A DNA stretch of 60,078 nucleotides, filler included, from Dugesia japonica (lineage: Eukaryota): the NCBI GenBank assembly GCA_001938525.1. It is 4 parts of 4 records of this genome, joined end to end, with 100 filler letters (N's around TTAATTAATTAA, not from the genome) between each part and the next. Parts side by side here need not be neighbours in the genome. Positions count along the whole stretch, not along the records: positions 14,694 to 33,134 come from MQRL01177261.1; 3 more parts are not named here. One strand, written 5' to 3'. The translations under genes were made by a program, and so were the position numbers. Positions 14,594-27,241 of this stretch are shown one piece after another. Numbering within the stretch: position 1 is the stretch's first letter; each line of letters begins with the position of its first letter. The notes under the pieces were generated by a model. The model was not told where the DNA came from, searched no databases, and saw nothing but the letters and a program-made list of their open reading frames with translations.

Positions 14594-14693
14594 NNNNNNN
14601 NNNNNNNNNNNNNNNNNNNNNNNNNNNNNNNNNNNNNTTAATTAATTAANNNNNNNNNNNNNNNNNNNNNNNNNNNNNNNNNNNNNNNNNNNN
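14594..14693. other. Artificial scaffold spacer N44-TTAATTAATTAA-N44
   Basis: Exactly 100 nt, with a six-frame stop linker; recurs three times. Confidence 0.95.
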
Positions 14694-15480
14694 TGATAAG
14701 AGCCCTAAATATTTCGAAGATTAAAGAAGATTGACGGTTATTGAAATAATTGAAAGTAAAGAAGATGCTTTTATGGCAGATAAATGAGATGTAAGACGCA
14801 CACATCTGACCAGACACAAAATAAATAAAACAAAAAAATTAGATACGGATGCCAGTTTTTATACGATTGAAGCAGTATTGTCACAGAGAGATAAAGAAGG
14901 AAGAGAAAGAGTTGTTGCCTATGGATTAGGAATACTGCATTACACGAAAAGGCTTTTTGTCTGTGTATTATTTCTGTATGCATTTTAAACATTACTTTAA
15001 CGGTACAAGATTTACTCTTAGAACAGATCACAAAGCTCTAACATTCATGATGACAACAAAAACTAATTACATTGCAATTCCAGACATGGATTAATTAGCT
15101 GAGCAGTTTAGATATGGTTTTGGAATATAGAAAAGAAATACAACATAGTAATGCGGTTATGTTATCTAGACCAAGATATGAGGTATGTGTACAGTATCAA
15201 ATGTCACATGAAGATGCCAATAAAGAGAAGATTAAAACGAGAACACTGAACATAATTGAAAAGGAAAAAGAAGATAATTTAAACATTTCTGAGGAAACAG
15301 ATTTGATCAAGAAAATGAAAATTCCGGATGACAAACTACATGAAACAATAGAAGAAATTCATAATTTATTATGTCATGTAGGAGTTGAAAAGGTGTACAA
15401 ATATATTGCAAAGAATTTGTGGAGCCAAATACAGAAGATAGTTCGAAGTTGTGAAATAAGACAATTAAGACTCGATTGTG
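14694..15480 (+). pseudogene. pol: Gypsy RNase H-integrase zinc finger fragment
   Basis: LDTDASFYTIEAVLSQ, FTLRTDHKAL, EYRKEIQHSNAVMLSR, EIHNLLCHVG...CEI. Confidence 0.85.
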
Positions 15481-15960
15481 GAAAAGAAATTAATATAATT
15501 ACCTTGAATTAAATTGCACGTTATATTTATCATATTAATATTACAAATATCAACTTTATTTTCTGAATAATATTTTCCTGGTAAGTATTTTTTAGGTGAA
15601 AAACCTAAGATTGTATGAAGAAAAGGTTCTTTATTAAACTTAATTGTATGCTTTGTTGTTAAATTACATTTTGATGTTGAATGATCTGGTGTAACTTCAA
15701 TGCCATGATATTTTAATTTATTAGAGATTTCTTCAACTTCATAAGCTCCAAGTTCTATTGTTACATTTGCGAAGCCAGTGTTTTGTTCTGTTTTTAAAAT
15801 AAAAATATTATTTTTAGTATTAACATTAAAAATTATATTATAACAACTAAAACATAGTAAACTCATTTCATAGTCAGAATATAATTCTAACAGAAATCTT
15901 AAATCAACTTATAAATTAGATTCTTGACCAACAAATAAAAATTGATAAGACGTTTTATTT
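15480..15960 (-). pseudogene. Polinton/adintovirus-type minor capsid (penton)-like protein, truncated
   Basis: YNIIFNV..NN.F...IELGAYEVEEI...ILGF...YSENKVDICNINMINITCNLIQG pattern, recognised by eye, among other Polinton fragments. Confidence 0.55.
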
Positions 15961-15989
15961 AGTATTATCATAAGGAAAATTATTTATTT

Positions 15990-16420
15990 TTATAAACATT
16001 ATATTTATCTTTGGCAATTAATTCTTGATCTAATAATTCTTGACAAACAAATTTAATTTCTTTGCGTAAATTATTATGATCAGCTTTTACTGCTGAAATT
16101 AATAATTTTAATCGTTCAAATAAAGTTACTGGATTATTTAAGATTAACTCTTTTAAATCTTCACATTTAATAATATTTTTTTGTATTTCTTTTTCAACAG
16201 AAACTATTTTTTAATAATAACCTCAATAAAGTTGTTATAATAATTACAATTAGTAGGAACTTTAATATTTAATTCATTTAAATTAATATCAATTGCTTCG
16301 AGATCATTACTTCTTTTTCCTAAAATTAAATTCATTACTTCTTCAGAATAAGAAATTAGTTCTTTAGATAAAACGTATTTCTTTCTATTTTCTTCAAATA
16401 AATACATCGATGGATCTTTG
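15990..16420 (-). pseudogene. Polinton conserved hypothetical ORF
   Basis: C-terminal NPVTLFERLKLLISAVKADHNNLRKEI...QELLDQELI resembles the 'L.ERL.LL...AGN...EI' motif of Polinton ORFs and sits directly upstream of the penton-like ORF. Confidence 0.5.
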
Positions 16421-16497
16421 CTATATTTGAATTATGCAACGTAATCAACAAATAACCTCTGACGTAATTACGTCATCGAGTATTCAGAAACAATATT

Positions 16498-18118
16498 TTG
16501 AAGAATTACTTGAATCCTTTTTCGAAATTAGATTCTTTTTGGATTCCTTCAGATAATCGAAATCAAATGGATAAAATGCTTTCTTTAAAAATGGTTACCC
16601 CGGCTGAATTGGTTAGTATAAATCAAGAAAACAAATCGTATTTTCTATCAAATTTTTCAATATTCTTCGACTATTATCTGAAAAATTTCAAAAGCCAGCC
16701 AAATTTACATTCATACAAACTTATGTTTCCAGCAAAACTCGATAGTGGATTATATGTTTTCCACTTACGCTTTGGATCTCTCACAAGACAATGTACTTCT
16801 CAATGCTCTTGGCAAACTAATCGTCCCTGTGAATGTACAAATTGTGCTTGCGGATTTCACTCGAAAGCTAGGAAATGCCAAGGCAAATGCAACTTCTTTA
16901 AGATGTCAGGGAATTGAAAGGAAAATCAATGTAAGTTTATTAAAAATTTTCATTGTAATTTCTTAATTTGTAAACTTTGTAAAACAGTTTTCATTTAATT
17001 TTTAGCAAGCGTTTTGTGAATATTTTTGAGGAATTTTTTATTAATAGTTTTAAAGCCTTTATTAAGACTCGTGATAACGATTTTGTCAATTTTCTTGAAA
17101 GTTCTTTTGTGGTTAGTAACAATCATAATCAAATGCAAATGATTGATTTTTTGAAAAAAGTTGCAAAATGTGGTCAAATCCCAGATAGATTGAACTCTGA
17201 TTTTGAGACTGTTCTGTCTAATTTTTTGATGTCAAATAACTTTAAGAATTTCATAAAAACAAATAATATCTCAAAAAATCTAAATGAATCTAATGAAATG
17301 CTTATTTTTTATCGTTTTTTGCAGCGATTTTATAATTATTCCCTATTAAATATGAAATCTCAAAAGTCTCAAGCTTCTGCGATTATTGATTTAAGGATCC
17401 TCACTAACTTTGTTATCAATAAATCTTCTTGATACTTTTCCACATATTCCAGATAAGGATAAAATTTCTGTGGACATTTCTAACTTGCCCATTGCGGCAT
17501 ACCCCTGTTATTTTGAAGGATCAGATTCCCTTGAAACTCAAAATATTGCTCAGAGCCCTGATTTGGAGAGAAATGTATTGAATTCTTTTTTATTTGATAC
17601 TAAATTGGCTCTCAACTCACCAGCTAAAGGCCTATCCACTGCAAGTTCAGGCACCACTAATACTATGCAAATCCCTAATAAACTGACTCTTTCTGGAGGT
17701 CCTCTTGAGTCAAAAAGTGTTGTTTCTTGTGGTGAGTCTTTAAAATATTCCAAACTAAAAAACAATAACTACAAACGGATAAACTCTACGCCTAAATCAA
17801 TCTTTACGCGTAGTAAAACTATTAAGGCAATCACAATGCAGATTGGAAATACTGCTTCTTCCCTCGTTCCTAAACACAATGCTGCCAAAATTGCAAATGG
17901 TGTCAACTTCTCTAATGCAATCAAAAGCACAGAAAAATACATATCTTATGAGAAATGACGTTTAGGGTCCACAGTTGTCCCCACAATTGCCTCACTTCCC
18001 GCAACTGTAGATAATTCTTCTTCCGAGATTATTGATAGCAATTGGTTCAGTGATAAACAGATCAATGCTTTTATGGATAGACATCTGAACAGCGGTAGCC
18101 TTGTTCAAATTCTGTCTT
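16498..18118 (+). pseudogene. Intron-containing transposon-like gene with a Cys-rich (CXC-like) cluster and possible Ulp1-like protease start
   Basis: CTSQCSWQTNRPCECTNCACGFHSKARKCQGKC; GT-AG intron 16931-17005; S/T-rich linker; NWFSDKQINAFM at about 18040. Confidence 0.4.
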
Positions 18119-18119
18119 A

Positions 18120-18640
18120 AGATATAGTTGGGTAACAGGTATGAATTATTCTAAAATAAAATCAAAATATGCAAAAAAAAATTATGATATTTTTTTAAGA
18201 AAAGAAAAAGGAATTAGAGGTGGATCTTTAGGTGCTTGTGGCGAGAGACAAGTTTTTAACCATAACAATAATAAAAATCTATAAACGTAACAAGTAAATA
18301 AAGCAAAATTTGATGATTTAATAAAAATGATGGATTTAAATGAGGAAATTCCACCTGAATATTTCAAAGAAACAATTATAAAATATCTAGATAAAAATTC
18401 ATTATATGAATCTTGTATGACTAAGCTCTTACCTACAGGTGAATGTTTTGAATGTGAAGATTTAATTTATACTCCATCAACAGATAAAATAAATTACATT
18501 TATGAAGTTGATTTAAATATCCACCAGAAATACATGAAAAAACTAAATATATTTTCCTTTAGCACCGACAGAATTAATATTACAAATGAAATGTTAAGTC
18601 CATATTATGAGGAATTCTATCTGATTTTAATAAATTAATA
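18120..18640 (+). pseudogene. Polinton protein-primed DNA polymerase B, polymerase-domain fragment
   Basis: KGIRGG, YLDKNSLYESCMTKLLPTG, YIYEVDL. Confidence 0.85.
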
Positions 18641-20260
18641 ATCTCATTTACATTTTTCCCTTTTACATATTCATAAGGAAATGATATTTTGTTTGGTTCT
18701 AAATTAAAAGATTTAAAATGCGCAAAGTGATCTTATTGTAAAATTAATTTACCCATTGTTTCAATTGATGTAAAAGAACATAATCCCGCTAGTTGTAAAA
18801 TTCTAATATTTTCATATTGAAATGAAATGTAAACTTCATCTGTATAAGGGATTATTTTTTTAACTTTACTTGGATATTTTGCTAATAATTCTGGAAAAAG
18901 ATTAATAAAGATTATCATAATAATAAAAGATTATCATAACCTGATACATTGTGAAAATAAAATGGTATAAATAAATACTTTATAGGTTTATCTTGTAAGT
19001 TACACTTTGAATGAGTATAACTTCTAAATTCTCCAGAAAAATGATCATGATCTATTAATGAATTTTCAGTTATTAATTTATAACAATATCTACATTTATT
19101 TATACTCTGAGCTAGTCTGCTTTTATATTCTTTAATTAATTTATTGTCTTTTATATCAGTCAATTTATTATAATTCTATTCTGAAAATTCGATAAATATT
19201 TCATGTAAGCTTTTTTCATGAAATTCTTATATTCATTTACTCACTACATAAATTCCAAGAGATAAAGGTTTTTGTTTTTTAGTGTTATTACCTGTCCAAC
19301 TTTCAAAATCACCATAAACTACAAAAGGCATTTTATTTTTGTAAATATAATTTTGAAAAGAATAATATTTGTTTCGAAAATTAAACATTACTAATTTCAT
19401 GATTAATACATTCCTTTTGATGTTTTATTAATAAATTTTCACTATGATAACATTTCCTACATCTAATGCACAAATAATTTTTATTTCTGTTTGTTGTAAA
19501 AAATAATTGCACATCTCTAAACAAAATATAATGATTTTTTAAACTAATAAATGGCATTTATTTTCCTCAAATTTAGGTTTAGTTTAATAATTAGAAATAT
19601 ATAGAGATTCAATTTTTTCAGAGATAGTTACAGTAAATACATTTATTTGCTAATCATTTAATTTTTCAAATATTTTAACATCATCAATATATACAGGAAA
19701 TTTAATTCCATTCGTTTTAAACTCATTTAAATATGGAATGTATTTTTCAACTTGAGTTTTATGATGAAGTCTATATTTATGAGCTAAAATCGAATAGATT
19801 AAACATTTTCTATCTTTATTTTGAATATTAATTACTTATGGTTTTGAAAATGGTAATTTTCAATATGATGAGGAACCACCAGCTTTATATTGATATTTAG
19901 AAAGTTTGATTTTGTAATGAACAATGTAATTTAAATTCCATTCAGATTCATTTCGATCTTTATCTTCAATATATTTTTGTAATTCATTTATAATATCATT
20001 TACATCATCATTAATTTTACCTTGAATAGTCAATTGTTTATTCTTTGAATATGAATTTTAAATACTTTCAACATATTTACTGTTTACTTCTTTATCATAA
20101 TTACAATTTACAATAATTAGAACAATAATCTTTTTACCATAATTAAAACACTTGGTAATAATTTCATTGATTTCAGTTTGAAATTCATTAATCATTTTTT
20201 TGAAAATTTCAACTTTTTTGGTTAATTCCACTTTACTATCTTTAAAATTGGGATATTTTA
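18640..20260 (-). pseudogene. Polinton pPolB N-terminal/exonuclease fragment
   Basis: NIQNKDRKCLIYSILA, PFVVYGDFES, DHDHFSGEFRSYTHSKCNL, PFYFHNVSGYD. Confidence 0.85.
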
Positions 20261-20620
20261 GTGTGATGGTTTTGGTCAATTTGGTTCAGTTTTTACTATT
20301 TGGTAAATTATTTACTCACAGTGCTCAGAGTTTGGTCGACAATTCTCAGATTTTGGATGATTCGATCAATTATTTCCTAAGCATGGATAAACTTAGTCAA
20401 TGATTTAGTCACGGATGTCGGTTTTAAATGGTTTTGGCTGATTATGATCAATTATTTACTCACTAAGGTTAGTTTTTAGGGGATTTCAGTCAATTATTTC
20501 TTCGGGAATGATTGATTTTTGGATGATTTGGTTAAATATTTTGTAGGATTGGTTAATTTGAGTCGAAAATTTTCACAGATATTCGTGTGAACAATCAAAT
20601 TTGTTGAAATTTTCAACTTT
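20260..20620. repeat. Degenerate 21-bp-unit minisatellite (same family as 50735-52020)
   Basis: Recurring TTTGGTCAATT-like units; CAGTGCTCAGAGTT(T/C)GGT is shared with about 51848. Confidence 0.65.
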
Positions 20621-21338
20621 TTAAAAGATAATTTACATATTTTGTAGTAAATTGGGAAAATTAGGTCATATTTGTGTCAACTTTCAAATTTTTAAATCAA
20701 AATTTTATAAAAATCAAGGAGCTACCAAATTTTTAAAAATTTTTGAAATAAAAATTTTGTCGAGATTTTTATATCAATCGATGCAGAATTTGGTGGAGAT
20801 TATTTTTCAGAAATAAAAATTTTTTGAAAAAATATCTTTTCATGAAATTACCATCTATTAAATAGAGAGTTTTTCAATGATTATAAATAATTATACCTAA
20901 AATCACCAAAGTTTATATCTTTATATCTAAACGATAGACGTATTTTCTTGTTTGCTCTAAGAATTATTTGATTTCCAATGGAGTTCATATAAGTTATCGC
21001 CAGAAATGAGACAAATGTTTACCAATTGCTAGAATTTTTTTAGAATCTTTAAAAAAAAGTTATACGTCGATGAAAATGATCAGAGAAAAAAATAAATTAA
21101 CTAAACATTTGGAATAATTTTTATGATCTCTTCAAAAAATTTTGAAAATAAAAAATTGAACTAATTAAATAAACCGCTATATAAACCGTATATAAATCAC
21201 AGCAACATATAAATTAATCTATGAAAATAATTTCTTCGCAAATCATTTAAAATCACTGAACCTTTTAAAGATATCTAATTATGACCATAAAGTATAAGAA
21301 AGACCAAGCTGTTAATTATATTTCGTAGACAAATTTGA

Positions 21339-21950
21339 TTGGATATAAAGATATTGAGTCGGGCCGACGATTTAGAAGTTTTTATCAAACAATGCCAGTG
21401 GTATTTTGACATTCTGGCAAAGCCGAAAAAGATGCGTGATGCGTTAATAGGCGCAATTATCGATGAAGATTTGATTGCTGACTACGAACGAACGGTATCA
21501 CGAGGAAATGGGTTTGAATCACGATTGAAGATGGTATTTGGGAAGCCCAAGGACATCATAGCAGATTGGGAAGAGATGTTTCTATATAAGAGAGAATCAG
21601 AGAGCATCCAGACATACTTTCAAGTAGTGAAGAAAAAGTTCGAAAATAATAAGAAAACCAAATAACCGAAGAACAAATAATCGCAAAAATTTTGGTACAT
21701 TGCAGTGGCAACGATGAAATGAACAAGAAAGTAGAAATTCGGGAATAAGCATCAATGGAGGTTATCGAGACATTAATGATAAAAATAAGGAAAATACAGA
21801 AAAGTAATTGTTATATCAAAGAAGAACGAAACTTTAACGAAGTACTGAAAGGAAATGAGAGACAAGTTTGGGCAGACAGACCGAGAACTGATCGGAAGAC
21901 CAAATACTGGGAGCCGACCAGAGACAGGACAGAATGGAAAATATTAATCA
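21339..21950 (+). pseudogene. gag: Gypsy gag fragment
   Basis: KILSRADDLEVFIKQCQWYFD aligns with KIICRSDDLEKLVNWCKIYFD of the gag at 4595. Confidence 0.7.
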
Positions 21951-22519
21951 AGTTAACATGCTCGAAATGGTATTTTTTTAAAGAAAGTTTTCTGTAATTA
22001 TGCAATCAATCGTTTTTATATTGATATCGATGAATCGGCTATTAGCATTTGTAAGACCAGTGGAAATTAAATGGAAATCAATATTAATAAAACACGTTTT
22101 ATTAATTATGACACCGACAACATTTCTATATGAAAGAATGCCAAAATATTTGATTCACAGCAATTCGATTTTATGTGCAGTGTTATATTAAACAATGCCT
22201 TAAGAAAATCGCATTTGGTAATTATTGTATTTGTCATCACAGTTATCAGTATGGCCACAAGAAAATTTACTTTAATATCGTAAAAGTTTACTTTAAAAAT
22301 TTTAAAAATTGAATTTATTTACCTATATATCTTTCGCATCGTACCTTTATTATAAATCTTATTTAGTGAACGTTTTCATGAAAACCAAACATTACAAATC
22401 ATAAAATTAAAAACAACTTTATCAATATTCACATAAATATGAATTATAAAAAGAAAACAACAATTTCATATTCAGTTTCATTTTAGTTATAAATTTTCAA
22501 TATCACTGAATTGTAATGT

Positions 22520-23181
22520 AAAGTTAAATAAGATAAATAAATGTTTTTAGCAGAAAAATGTCTGTCTTTTGCAAGGATTTTTTCAGCATTGAAAATCTTC
22601 TCTCTACAAAAGCAGAAGTGCATTGACTTTTTTGTAATAATGCAAAGATCGATGGTGACATTTCCTCTCGACTGCAGTTCACAATTGACATCCCATCGCT
22701 TTTTTTAAATACGGAGCAATAGCAATACGGATCCATTTCAAATTGTAGTTTTTTAAAGTATTCAGCAGGTGGTTTAATGTTGCACCCAGCGCTCTCCAAA
22801 GAAATTACTAATACTGCTAATAGATGGTAGTTTTGTTGAATAGTCAAAAGATCTTGGACAATTTGATCACTTTCCATTGTCTTTTGCTTGTGATAACAAG
22901 AAACCTTTATCATCCCGACTGCGCATAATTTGTTTCACTTCTGGGATATTTTTAGATAAATATGAAGCCACCTCAATCCAAAGATCACATTGAGTAAGTA
23001 TTGGTGTTGGAGAGTATATAATTGAATCAAATTGGCTTTGTTTTGATTTGTTTTTAATACTGGGTAATTTAATGCGAGCGATCAGTAAGTCAACATTGCC
23101 AAAATGAGCACGCTCCGTCATCGCACAGTTAAAGATTAAATGAGCTGCACAGTTAACATGAAATAGACGTGGATATAACAT
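22520..23181 (-). pseudogene. hAT-like (CGGBP/DUF659-type) transposase fragment
   Basis: LFHVNCAAHL (CxxH), PTPILT, C-terminal TSAFVERRFSMLK. Confidence 0.75.
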
Positions 23182-23752
23182 ATGTAAAGTTTAAAAGAAA
23201 ATAGTTAAAATTAAACTTTAATGAATATTTCTATATTTCAAAATGTTTAACACAAAATGTAAAATATGCAACCAATAAATTAAACACACTAAAATATAAG
23301 AAAAGTACACACGTAAGTCTAGTCAGTTCAATAACAACTTCCGCACAGTATTTCCAATATATCACAATTGAATATGTCAAAAAAGTCTCAGAATAAATAG
23401 ATTCAATTAACAGTTTTATCTACATTTTTTTTATGACAACACAGCTTTCAAAAAATATCTTAATAAGCACTTTTCCTATTTTCAGTTATTAAAACAGTCG
23501 TTGAGAATCTTAATTTTTAGTAACTATTTTAACTTTTCTTCACAGTGCTTGTCACATCACGACGTTTTTCAACAAAGAAATTCTTTTTATGTTTCACAAT
23601 GGTGTCCATTTATTTGCTAAAAAATTCGTTGCATGGTGTTGTAGAAAACTCCAGTGGATGATTTCGTATGATGGTAGCTATTTTTGAACTATTGCACTTA
23701 GCGACTTTAGGCATCAAGTCTCAAATGAAAGTGAGTAAAAAATGACGGGTCA

Positions 23753-25014
23753 GTGAAATACGTTAGGACATGTTATCACGAGTATCACACAATTACGTGC
23801 ATTACAGTTATTGTTCTTTCCGAGACCACCAATAACTTTCAAGTGAAATGCTTATACTGTTTGACAGTATTCTGGGGTGGTAATTGTATCCGAGCATACA
23901 TGGGTATTAAAATTGCAACATGCGTCGCCAAATGTGAAAAGGTGCCAGTGAAAATTCTGGAATGCTTCAAACCAGCAGATGCTGTTAAACAAGCTGAAAA
24001 ACAAGAAAAAGAACGAAAAATAAATCTAGATAAGGTGGTTGCATCCCCATCGTTGTCTTCATTGTCCTCAAAGCAACTGAAACTATACGATATATTCAAA
24101 AGTACTGAGAAATATTATTATCTCAGAATTATTGGGGCAAAGTATGCACCATTTATGATATCCCCAGAAATTCAGCATTTTCAGGAACATTGGTACACAA
24201 AGGTATCAAAGATGAGACGAATAGCATCGGAAGTTTTGGGATATGATAGCATGATAGTGATATTCTATAGATGACATGAACTAGGCGATGATGAATATCT
24301 TTTCGATTGTGGATGCATTCCAAATAGTTTGAATCATGTGTTTGCCTACAAAAAGTTATTAGACGATAGTGAAACTATCGAATTTCAAATAAAAATTATG
24401 ACGATGATGATGATTTCGAAGATGCAATAGAAGAGCCACAAATGTTTAAAAGTGAACCTGTAGTGTCTCTCGCTGATAGTACACCAACCAATCCATATCA
24501 GGATAATGGAAACATTAAATCAGAAAATACAATGACAATAACAAAGGTCTGTATGAAATCTCCAAGGAATTAGTAAACCTTACAAGGCGAACTCATAATA
24601 ATACCGAACCAAGAAAATCGTTGCAGGATTACTAAAAGATCTATTCCCATTATTGCAACTTGAAGACTTAGAAAGTGAATATATTAAACAACTCAGTGTG
24701 GAATTACGTAAAACTCATCCGAGCGTTGTACAAAGATACGGAAATGAAACATTTTGTGACAATAAAATTTTAAATGAATTAGTCAAAGATGAAATTAATT
24801 CACAGGTAATTATTACTGGTTTAACATATTTTACAGATTGGTACTTATGTGTTTGTGAAACCTGATGAAATACAAATTTATTTAAATGAAGCATCTATCG
24901 AAATAAATAAATATTTTCTAAATTGGATTAAAAACAATCGTGGTTGGAATATCGTAAAAAATGAAGAAATAATGCCAAGACCAAGCGCTACTAGAGAAAA
25001 TCCATTGTTATATT
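23753..25014 (+). pseudogene. Unknown pre-Env domain(s) X
   Basis: Long, mostly open frames. Motif KVSKMR...SMIVI...DEYLFDCGCIP (motif core 24290-24322) has a homologue at 47626-47658. Confidence 0.6.
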
Positions 25015-26836
25015 CTACCTGGCTGATATTTAAGATCATTATTTTAATTTGCAAACTTAATCAAACTGCGTCAATTACGGCATATGATTGTTCTCAAACA
25101 GAAATGGGAAAATTTATTCACTAATGGATGTGGAACGATGTCTTGAAGCATACTCGATAAAACTTTATACAAATGAAAATCTAAAATAATTTGTATATCA
25201 GGAATCAGGATTCAGACGAGTAAAAGTAAAGGAATGTATTGTGAAACGAACTAATTTTGTATATTATTGTGGTAAATGCAGTCATACTTCAATCATAAAA
25301 ATGACTTATATTCCAAAACTAGTCGAAATTACTCCTGAAAACTGTTTAGTGGCTTTTCAAACCAATGAAATAAAAATCAGCCCTGAGATCAAACTAAAAG
25401 CCAAACTGAATCATGCAATAAAAGAGACTATTGTTGTAAAGGGAATGCTAGAGAAAAGTGGTGATTTCACTGGTGAATCATTCAAAATATCTGAGAAAAT
25501 AGTTGACAAAGTAATAATTATTGAGGAATATGTTGCTGAATTACGATAATTTAATGGAATATTTGATGATAACAAAGAGAAACAAACCAGTTGCCAAACA
25601 GGAGAATCAATTCTTGTTTATGATGTTAAATATAATCAATGTAATTTATGACATCTTAAAACAATGGTCTTTAACGAAATTTATGGTGAAAAAATAGAAG
25701 ATAGACCAGATAAAAGTATGACAGTAAATCAACCAAAAAAGGGAATCCGAATTATACCTCTCTAAATGAGAAGAACTCAATAGTGGTGGTATCAACGTCC
25801 ACAGATGATGCAATGAGATTTATTAGAAAAGAAAAATGTATTAAATGTGGAAGTGAAATATATGGAACAAACTATAAAGGAATCTATGTTTCAAAGAAAA
25901 GTAGAAAAGCTAAAATTTGAATTCATATTGAAGATATAAAATTAATAAACTATTTTAATATCAAAATTGACTATCTATTTCATCATGGACAATATATAGC
26001 GGAAACAATGTACAGAGAAATGATACTCAATGATTGTAAACTGAAAAATGAAATTCTACGAAATAGAATAATTATGGTAATAACTAACCCAAATCTAGTG
26101 GCACCTATGCTTATATCGGAAAACGGAGTCTTTGTAAGAATTATGAGAGATGTATTGTTTAGTTATAAATGTAAAGAAGTTCCAATAAAACTCGCCAAGT
26201 ATGAAAAGTGTACAAATGAGTTGCTTGTTAATGTAAACGGAAAAATTGAGATTTATGGAACCTATTACTAGAATATTACTTGAGAAGGTGTTAAACCAAA
26301 ACACTTACAGTGTAATAGACCATTATCACCTTTATATCGTTTAACTGCAGAAACATGGATTGCCTTACCAGATCACAGAGAGGTTAAAACCCCAGAAAAC
26401 CTGAGGCTACAAAGCTGGAGTATTTAATTAATTTTACATTTCTAAATAATATTGCTCAGAGCTGAATTTATTCAAGTGAAGACATTGAAGAAGCCAGACG
26501 AAATCTATTATATCCATCTAAAAAGGAAAGAGTTATTATGGAACTAGTCGATACAATACTACCAAGAGGTACATGAAAAGTAAATTATGAATATTTATTA
26601 ACACTTGTCCACTATAAAAAGGCTACTCACAACACTATGAAAGAAGATTTGTGTTCTTTGGACAAGCCTGCGCAGGATTAATTGAAATCTATATTATGAT
26701 AACAATAGCTAGAGTGATCGCAGCACAAATTTTATCAACGTATCGATTATATGCAATAGTAGGACTATCGTGGAAATAAATAATTGGATGTGTACCTTTT
26801 CTAGCCAAATTCTTTATTATTGATCATCAATATAGA
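25015..26836 (+). pseudogene. env: Chuvirus-like / herpes gB-type (class III) envelope glycoprotein
   Basis: Signal-like WLIFKIIILICKL, then ITAYDC (25080), YYCGKCSHTS, EITPENC, KIDYLFHH, MYREMILNDC...NPNLVAP, YKCKEV, CTNEL, MEPITRIL, and membrane region FFGQACAGLIEIYIMITIARVI...LYAIVGLSW. Confidence 0.8.
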
Positions 26837-27241
26837 TAAAATGATTTTAATCAGAAAACGAGCAAACCAAAGCATTTATTAAAATATGATATTGAATATG
26901 GTCAAAATAGTGGTGATAAAGAAGGAAATAATGGTCCACCAAACTCTTTAAACAACCATCCAAACAAGAATGATGACAGTGAAATAACTCAATTTCAAGA
27001 ACCTGGAATAGTCAAAAGAAATTTGTTTCCTTATGATACATTTAGCAGGTTATGTATACCTTAAACATTTATGCAAACAGCACCTGTATATCCAATAGAT
27101 AAATTAAAGTAAATGAAACATGTTGATAATATTAATAATGATACTGTTATAAAAATGGAAGCAAGCACTGTAGAAATCGAAAGAAAGCATATATTAGGAC
27201 TACCATGTAATTATGTGATGATGACTTTTGTTAAATGCTGA

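Noticed and set aside
14594-14693. Recurrent TTAATTAATTAA motif (also 33179 and 48389) as a biological site
   Set aside because: It is always centred in exactly 44+44 Ns, so it is a six-frame-stop concatenation linker. Synteny across it is meaningless.
21339-21950. This gag as the gag of the env-bearing element
   Set aside because: It belongs to the same family as the gag at 4595 and is separated from 23753 by unrelated sequence and a hAT relic, with no evidence of continuity.
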